Positions 26,477-32,000 of a stretch of 32,000 nucleotides of DNA are shown here, piece by piece. The notes beneath the pieces are model-generated. The model was not told where the DNA came from. It did no database searches and was given only the letters and a program-made list of their open reading frames with translations. Location of the stretch: NCBI GenBank assembly GCA_000175855.1, contig ACYB01000020.1, positions 90,001 through 122,000 of the forward strand, in the 5' to 3' direction. Within the stretch, counting starts at the first letter, position 1, and every line of letters begins with the position of its first letter. The position numbers and the translations under genes are program-made. The DNA is from Raphidiopsis brookii D9. Lineage in GTDB: Bacteria; Cyanobacteriota; Cyanobacteriia; Cyanobacteriales; Nostocaceae.

Positions 26477-28213
26477 TCATCGTTGGGATTTATTGACCTG
26501 TAACCAAATTTCTAAACTAACCAACAACCATAATTTCACACCATATCTTCCCCAAGTATCACCTTGAAAATCCAACCAGTTACGGATAATATCCTGATTT
26601 ATATAGTTGGCAATTTCACCGTTTTTGTTCAATAACAATTTTCTGGCTTGTTTTTGCCAATATTTTCTAAACCCTAATTGTACGGGAACCATCATACCAC
26701 TTTTAGGACGCTGAATGATTTCCTTAGGCAAAATATTACTGACCGCGTTTTTAAAAACGGCTTTTTCCTCAACTCCTGAAAGTTTATACTCCGGAGGAAT
26801 TTGCATACTAAAATCAACTATACGCCGATCAAATAGAGGTGATAACCCTTGCAAACCAGCTCCTTGAGTGAGATTATTAACCTTGGTTAAAATATGGTCT
26901 GCTCCCTTAAATTTGATATTTAATATCATTAATCTGTTGAGATAATTTATCTTAGCATTTAAATCATCAACAAATACACAGGGTTGGTTTACTAGAGTCT
27001 GCCAAACTTCAGTTTTTAGCAGTTGCGGTAGGTCTAGAGCGCATTTTTGAAAAGATATTAAATAGGCTTTTAAAGAATCTTGATGATTAATTCTACTATA
27101 TAAACTATTAATCAACATTGGTTGATTTTTGGGTCCACCAAAACAGGGATCTCCCCCTTCTCCATTCAAGATAATTTGCACATTTTCTCTAGCCAATTTG
27201 CCCAACAATAAATTTGGTACTGTCAATGGGTCACCTATAGGGTTATCCAGATATAACATAGTTTGTGGTAAAAGTTCCCACATTTGTTTAAATGTAATTT
27301 CTAAAATGTGATGTTCGGTTTGACAATGTTGGGCAACTAAACTAGAAAATTCGAGTTCGTTAGGTGTTTCGGTGCCAAAATGAATGGAATATGTATGAAC
27401 TGGTGAATTATGAAATTTTCTGGTCAATGCTGTAATACTACTAGAATCCAATCCACCGGAGAGAAATACTCCCACGGGTTGATTTTCAGGTAAATATTCT
27501 TTGACAACTTGTTCCAGTAAACAACGTAATTTTTCACCATACCATTCCAGAGGTTGATATGGTTCTATAATATTCTCTTTTAATTGCCAATAATGAGTAA
27601 TTTCATGGGATGGAATTTTTAAAAATGTCCCTTGAGCAATTTCTTGCACATTTTGCCAAAGTGTCTTTGTTCCGGGAACAAATGCACAACATAAATAATC
27701 TCGTAATGCAATTAGATCCAACTGATGGTAGTGGTAAGGTGCAAGAGTTGTTAATTTAGGAGCTATGTAATATGTGCCACGATCAAGAGTGTAATATAAA
27801 TTCTTTTTCCCTATGGCATCCCTAATCAAGTATAATTCTTGTTGGTTCCTATCCCAAATGACAATATTAAACATTCCCAATAACATGGTCAATGATTGAT
27901 GGTTGTATTTTTCCCACAGTTGGGCTACTATTTGTTGATCACTAATTTCAGTATGATTATCAAGACATAACTTTTCTAAAAGTTGCCAGCGATTACTCAA
28001 CCATATATCACCCATGATAATAAATCTTTGCTTGGGACTAACACTGAAATTCTCTGAGGAAACAAAGGCGATTTTTCGATCTTGCCAAATTATCTTCTCC
28101 CTTGATTTATTGATCTCATCCAGGTTACCATAGACCACAAACCAACTGGGAATTAAGTCAAGATGTCCCGGTGGGAATTGACGATTTGGTCCAAGTTTAA
28201 AAAACATTCTCAC
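26477..28213 (-). CDS. Second asparagine synthetase (AsnB) family protein lacking the N-terminal Cys nucleophile
   Basis: 578 aa. A GATase-2-like fold is retained (MGDIWLSNRWQLLEKL, GMFNIVIWDRNQQELYLIRDAIGKKNLYY), but the N-terminus is MRMFFKLG... PP-loop VGVFLSGGLDSS and LNGEGGDPCFGG are present. Confidence 0.8.
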   Translation of the reverse strand: MRMFFKLGPNRQFPPGHLDLIPSWFVVYGNLDEINKSREKIIWQDRKIAFVSSENFSVSPKQRFIIMGDIWLSNRWQLLEKLCLDNHTEISDQQIVAQLWEKYNHQSLTMLLGMFNIVIWDRNQQELYLIRDAIGKKNLYYTLDRGTYYIAPKLTTLAPYHYHQLDLIALRDYLCCAFVPGTKTLWQNVQEIAQGTFLKIPSHEITHYWQLKENIIEPYQPLEWYGEKLRCLLEQVVKEYLPENQPVGVFLSGGLDSSSITALTRKFHNSPVHTYSIHFGTETPNELEFSSLVAQHCQTEHHILEITFKQMWELLPQTMLYLDNPIGDPLTVPNLLLGKLARENVQIILNGEGGDPCFGGPKNQPMLINSLYSRINHQDSLKAYLISFQKCALDLPQLLKTEVWQTLVNQPCVFVDDLNAKINYLNRLMILNIKFKGADHILTKVNNLTQGAGLQGLSPLFDRRIVDFSMQIPPEYKLSGVEEKAVFKNAVSNILPKEIIQRPKSGMMVPVQLGFRKYWQKQARKLLLNKNGEIANYINQDIIRNWLDFQGDTWGRYGVKLWLLVSLEIWLQVNKSQR

Positions 28214-28282
28214 TCCTTACTATTGCTTAACCTGTTGGTGTAACCTTTAGTATAACTAATCAAACTAATCATTTAACCTAAA

Positions 28283-29020
28283 ATGAATGATCAAAACATG
28301 ATCAAAACAATTTTCGTTCCCCAGGGATCAGAGTACCAAGCTGTTTATCGTGGATTAAATTCTGTGTTCAGGAATTCTGTCTCTAATTCAAAGATACAAG
28401 TCATTGGCATACCTATGGGCATTTCATCACTTCAAGAATTCCTCACAAGGAAATATCAACACCTAAAGCAATCAAATCAAAGAATATTACTTATGGGACT
28501 ATGTGGTAGTCTCCACGGAAGTTATCGTGTGGGTGATACTGTATTATATGAAAAGTGTATATATGATAAAAAACAATTAGATAAGACAAATCCAGTAAAC
28601 TCAATAAATCAAATAAACTGCGACATTAGTTTAACTCAAGATATATATGAGCGTATTGGAAATAGGGTATCGTTAGTGAGGGGAATAACAAGTGATACAG
28701 TAGTTTTTAAATCCTCTGAAAAACGGAGTCTACATCAAAAATTTGGTGCTGATGTGGTGGACATGGAAGGATTTGGGTTCCTAGAGTTTTTCCAGGGAAC
28801 AGGGATATCCACCGCAATACTAAGAGTTGTTAGTGATGATTCAATTCATGACATACCAGACTTGACCAAAGCTATCAACTCCCAAGGTTTACTGGAGATC
28901 TTACCTTTAGTAATCACTTTAACTCGACAACCTATAGCTGCTAGTCACTTAATTAGGGGTTCACTATGCGGATTAAAGCAATTAGAGACAGTAACTAGGT
29001 GTTTAGCAATTCAGGAGTAA
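28283..29020 (+). CDS. PNP/UDP-phosphorylase superfamily protein (MTA/SAH-nucleosidase-like)
   Basis: 245 aa. FVPQGSEYQAV, LLMGLCGSL, VVDMEGFG and LRVVSDD resemble the MTAN/futalosine-hydrolase-type motifs (E..., ME, SD). Confidence 0.65.
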   Translation: MNDQNMIKTIFVPQGSEYQAVYRGLNSVFRNSVSNSKIQVIGIPMGISSLQEFLTRKYQHLKQSNQRILLMGLCGSLHGSYRVGDTVLYEKCIYDKKQLDKTNPVNSINQINCDISLTQDIYERIGNRVSLVRGITSDTVVFKSSEKRSLHQKFGADVVDMEGFGFLEFFQGTGISTAILRVVSDDSIHDIPDLTKAINSQGLLEILPLVITLTRQPIAASHLIRGSLCGLKQLETVTRCLAIQE

Positions 29021-29101
29021 GTCCCTGAAATACCCAACAAATCAGGGACAGGCAAAATTGAAGCAAATTCAGTTCTTTAACAATCACTATTAAATGAATC
29101 A

Positions 29102-29233
29102 TCAAATTGCTGATAGTAGTATTTGAGAATCAAAAAACATTTTAAAAGAATCATTAGGGACAAGTTGACGCAGATGCTGAATATAGCCATCCATATCTGA
29201 CTTACTGCGAAAGCGAGCAACAATACGCTGCAT
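29102..29233 (-). CDS. Possible small ORF (43 aa) downstream of the HlyD gene
   Basis: Not in the ORF track. ATG at 29233..29231 to TGA at 29104..29102 reads MQRIVARFRSKSDMDGYIQHLRQLVPNDSFKMFFDSQILLSAI. No clear Shine-Dalgarno sequence. It could be a chance ORF. Confidence 0.2.
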   Translation of the reverse strand: MQRIVARFRSKSDMDGYIQHLRQLVPNDSFKMFFDSQILLSAI

Positions 29234-29304
29234 TAGGTTAAGTAAGAAATAGGCGTTCAGTCTAGCACTAGTTGCCAAAAGTTAGCAAGTGGATAACTAG
29301 TTAA

Positions 29305-30870
29305 TTACCTTACTTTCTGTAAGCTCTCAAATTGATTAGTAAACACATCCGTAAACAAACTCATAACGCTCCTTTCCTCACGCACTTTGATATTGGCAGT
29401 AATGGCCATACCAGACTGTAAAGCAATAGTTCTACCTTGAGATTCTATAGTTTGTTTATTTAAACTAACCCGCGCTGGAAAGCGATAAAACTGATGGGTC
29501 TGGTCAGGAGGTAAAGCATCTGAACCGATATTAGTTACTTTACCTTTGATATCGCCAAACTCAGTAAAGGGGAAGGAATCAATTCTCACATCCACCTTCA
29601 TTCCCTCCTTCACAAATCCAATATCCTTATTGGTGATAAATACCTCTGCTATATATTTATCATTGGGGACAATCTGGAGTAACTTTTGTGTTGGGTTAGC
29701 CACAAAACCTGGGTTTTTTGCCTGCATATCAAATATTATACCTGACACGGGAGCACGAAGTTCTTGATATTTGACGTTTAATTTTGTCTGGGAAATTTTA
29801 CTGTTAATGTCTGACAATCTCTGTTCATTTTCTAAAATTATTCTCATAAATTGGCTGTCTATTTCCGCCATTCGCTTTTTGTTAGTAGCTATCTGTTCCA
29901 ACACGTTCTTATCGGTGACTGCTACAGTGTTAGCTACCTCTTGTTGTGCCCTTTGAATATCAAACTGTAGACGCTTTTCTTCTTCCAACAACTGAGCTAT
30001 TTCCGCTTTCAAGTTTTGCACCTGCTGTTGCTGATTGAGATATTGCAGTTGAGAAATACCTCCCTCTTTGGCGAGGACTTCTACCCTATGTAAGATTCCT
30101 TGTTGAATTGATAGACTGTTCTGTGTATCCTTTCTCTTCACTATTGTTTGAGATAGTTGTTTCTTAATTTTTTCTACCTCGAATTTGGCCGCATTGGAGC
30201 GAGATTCTAATTCTTTTCTAGCTACAATTAGTCTTTGTTGCTCATCAATTCCTCCTCCTACTTGCGCGTTGGAATTTCCCAGTTGTGAACGTAACAATTG
30301 ATTTTCTTCTACTAGAGAAATCCGACTTTTTAATAGAAATGCTGCTTCTGCTGGTAGACCACCACCCAGAAAATTCAATTCTGAACTGACAGCACTACTT
30401 GCATTCATCAAACGACGATAGATGTCATTCTCCCTGATTAAAACAGCACGAACGTTATTGAGAGATCCGAGCTCAGCTCGGGTAGCAATGGATTCAAATG
30501 TTAATAGTAGATCTCCCTTTTTCACCTCCTGTCCATCCTTGACATGAATAGACTCTACCACACCACTAATAGGTGCTTGTACATCCTTTACCGTACCCTC
30601 TGGTTTTAATTGTCCTGTAGCGGGAACTACTTGTTCAATTTTTGCATAATAAGCCCAACCCACGCCAAAACAGGCCACAAGCATCAAGGTAATCATGATT
30701 GTGCGTGACCAAATGGGTGATTGTCGTAAAACTATGGATTGTTCAAAGCTGTCTTGATAAGCATGACTTAAATTCCCTGCTTTGGCTTTTGATAGGGTTT
30801 GAAGTACCCCCAGATTAGTATTTTTACCATTACTATTGCCTATTGGATGATCGTTATTAAATTGAGTCAT
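29305..30870 (-). CDS. HlyD-family periplasmic adaptor (membrane fusion protein) of a type I / bacteriocin-type exporter
   Basis: 521 aa. N-terminal TM helix (IMITLMLVACFGVGWAYYA), a lipoyl-like hairpin (VKDGQEVKKGDLLL), a long coiled coil and a C-terminal beta-barrel. Lies 28 nt downstream of the ABC gene. Confidence 0.9.
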   Translation of the reverse strand: MTQFNNDHPIGNSNGKNTNLGVLQTLSKAKAGNLSHAYQDSFEQSIVLRQSPIWSRTIMITLMLVACFGVGWAYYAKIEQVVPATGQLKPEGTVKDVQAPISGVVESIHVKDGQEVKKGDLLLTFESIATRAELGSLNNVRAVLIRENDIYRRLMNASSAVSSELNFLGGGLPAEAAFLLKSRISLVEENQLLRSQLGNSNAQVGGGIDEQQRLIVARKELESRSNAAKFEVEKIKKQLSQTIVKRKDTQNSLSIQQGILHRVEVLAKEGGISQLQYLNQQQQVQNLKAEIAQLLEEEKRLQFDIQRAQQEVANTVAVTDKNVLEQIATNKKRMAEIDSQFMRIILENEQRLSDINSKISQTKLNVKYQELRAPVSGIIFDMQAKNPGFVANPTQKLLQIVPNDKYIAEVFITNKDIGFVKEGMKVDVRIDSFPFTEFGDIKGKVTNIGSDALPPDQTHQFYRFPARVSLNKQTIESQGRTIALQSGMAITANIKVREERSVMSLFTDVFTNQFESLQKVR

Positions 30871-30898
30871 AAGGATTTTTCGGGTTGATGATTGAGTA

Positions 30899-32000
30899 TT
30901 AAAGATTGACTTCCTGTTGCTGGTAAAGGTAGAAATAGTGTCCTTTAGCAGTCATTAGTTTTTGGTGACTACCCTGTTCCACAACTCTACCGCCATCCAT
31001 GACTACAATTGTATCTGAATTGCTCACAGTATTGAGACGGTGAGTGATAAAGAAAACAGTTTTGCCCTGGAATGCTTTAGCCAAGTTCAAGCATATTTGC
31101 CTTTCTGTGGGATAGTCTAGGGCACTTGTGGCTTCATCTAAAACTAATATTTTAGGTTTTTGCAGTATGGAACGAGCAATGGCTATTCTTTGTCTTTGTC
31201 CTCCAGACAGGTTCGACCCTTTTTCCCCAACTTTGGTGTTATAACCATTGGAGAGATTCATGATAAATTCATGAGCAACTGCTATTTGAGCTGCTTCCAC
31301 CACTTCCTCCGTGGTGGCGTCAGGATTGGTTAGGGCTATATTATCGAATACTGTTCCATCAAATAATAGAGTATCTTGGGGAACCACACCGATTTGTCTT
31401 CTGACGGAATAAAGCTCAACCTTGCTGATGTCGTAACCATCAATAAAAATTCTCCCAGACTCAGTATTATAAAGTCTCAGGAGTAATTTCATCATGGTAC
31501 TTTTTCCTGACCCACTTTGTCCCACAATGCCCACAAATGTGCCCGCTGGAAAATCTAAACTGACGTTATTTAGTTGCAGGGATCCGTTTGTCGCAAAGCG
31601 GAAGCAAACATTTTCATATTTGACTGCACCAACAACACTGGGTAAGGGAATATTATCTTTGTCTACTTCTGCTTCCTGAGGTGTGTCCACAATATCACTC
31701 AATCTCTCCAGGGATAATCCTGTTTCTTGGAAGTTTTGCCAGATTTGTGCCAGTCTCAATATGGGACTGGTAACATAACTAGAAATAATTCTAAAAGCAA
31801 TTAATTCCCCTAGAGTTAATTCTCCTTGTAAAACTAAATAAGCTCCTACCCATAATACTAACAAGCTACTTAGTTTATTGAGAAACTGACTAGTAGAATT
31901 AGCTAATGTTGATGTAATAACTGTTTTAAAACCTGCGGAAACAAACTTAGCATAACGCTCTTGCCAAGAAAAGCGCGATCGCAGTTCAATATTTTGGGCC
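30899..32000 (-). CDS. ABC exporter (fused TMD-NBD, HlyB/bacteriocin-exporter type), C-terminal part; the gene continues off the right edge
   Basis: Walker A GQSGSGKST, signature LSGGQRQR, Walker B ILVLDEATSALD. The frame stays open upstream of the track start (31864) through position 32000, reading TMD sequence. Any N-terminal C39 or cNMP domain would lie outside the window. Confidence 0.9.
   Translation of the reverse strand, partial: AQNIELRSRFSWQERYAKFVSAGFKTVITSTLANSTSQFLNKLSSLLVLWVGAYLVLQGELTLGELIAFRIISSYVTSPILRLAQIWQNFQETGLSLERLSDIVDTPQEAEVDKDNIPLPSVVGAVKYENVCFRFATNGSLQLNNVSLDFPAGTFVGIVGQSGSGKSTMMKLLLRLYNTESGRIFIDGYDISKVELYSVRRQIGVVPQDTLLFDGTVFDNIALTNPDATTEEVVEAAQIAVAHEFIMNLSNGYNTKVGEKGSNLSGGQRQRIAIARSILQKPKILVLDEATSALDYPTERQICLNLAKAFQGKTVFFITHRLNTVSNSDTIVVMDGGRVVEQGSHQKLMTAKGHYFYLYQQQEVNL

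Noticed and set aside
22016-28213. Lasso-peptide biosynthetic cluster, because Cys-less AsnB-like proteins resemble lasso cyclases
   Set aside because: I could find no transglutaminase-like B protease, no PqqD/RRE protein and no plausible short precursor ORF in any spacer. I therefore keep only the generic description of an adenylating amide or lactam former, without the lasso label.
1-32000. CRISPR arrays, rRNA genes, IS elements or transposases, integrases, toxin-antitoxin pairs, and recognisable defence-system genes
   Set aside because: Scanning both strands, I saw no regularly spaced 25-40-bp repeats, no rRNA-like conserved blocks, and no DDE, tyrosine- or serine-recombinase, nuclease or helicase motifs in any ORF of 60 aa or more.

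Overview
This looks like a chromosomal window from a filamentous, Nostocales-like cyanobacterium. Support: at least seven exact HIP1 octamers (GCGATCGC) seen by eye, a cpcBACDEFG-type phycocyanin operon, and AT-rich spacers. Gene order from left to right: (1) the 5' end of clpB, then ribD and mreB-mreC-mreD, all on the minus strand. (2) ssb, split by a 740-nt ORF-less group II intron; the ORF track shows only the 3' exon. (3) A roughly 2.2-kb, visibly GC-richer islet (aldo/keto reductase plus a frameshifted hypothetical gene), bracketed by tRNA-His and a 44-nt direct copy of that tRNA's 3' half. (4) A DUF4359-like gene, a small hypothetical, cbiX-cobA and rluD. (5) The complete phycocyanin operon cpcB-A-C-D-E-F followed by three tandem cpcG paralogs. 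(6) A NitT/TauT-type ABC importer on the minus strand, whose permease carries a homopolymer frameshift. (7) An uncharacterised locus: two asparagine-synthetase-family proteins that keep the PP-loop but lack the N-terminal Cys nucleophile, a LysA-fold protein whose PLP-binding lysine is replaced by Val, a Zn-ribbon membrane protein, and a PNP/UDP-family nucleosidase-like protein. (8) A HlyD adaptor plus an ABC exporter that runs off the right edge. I saw no CRISPR array, rRNA, transposase or integrase. All calls come from reading the sequence and remembered family motifs; no searches were run.
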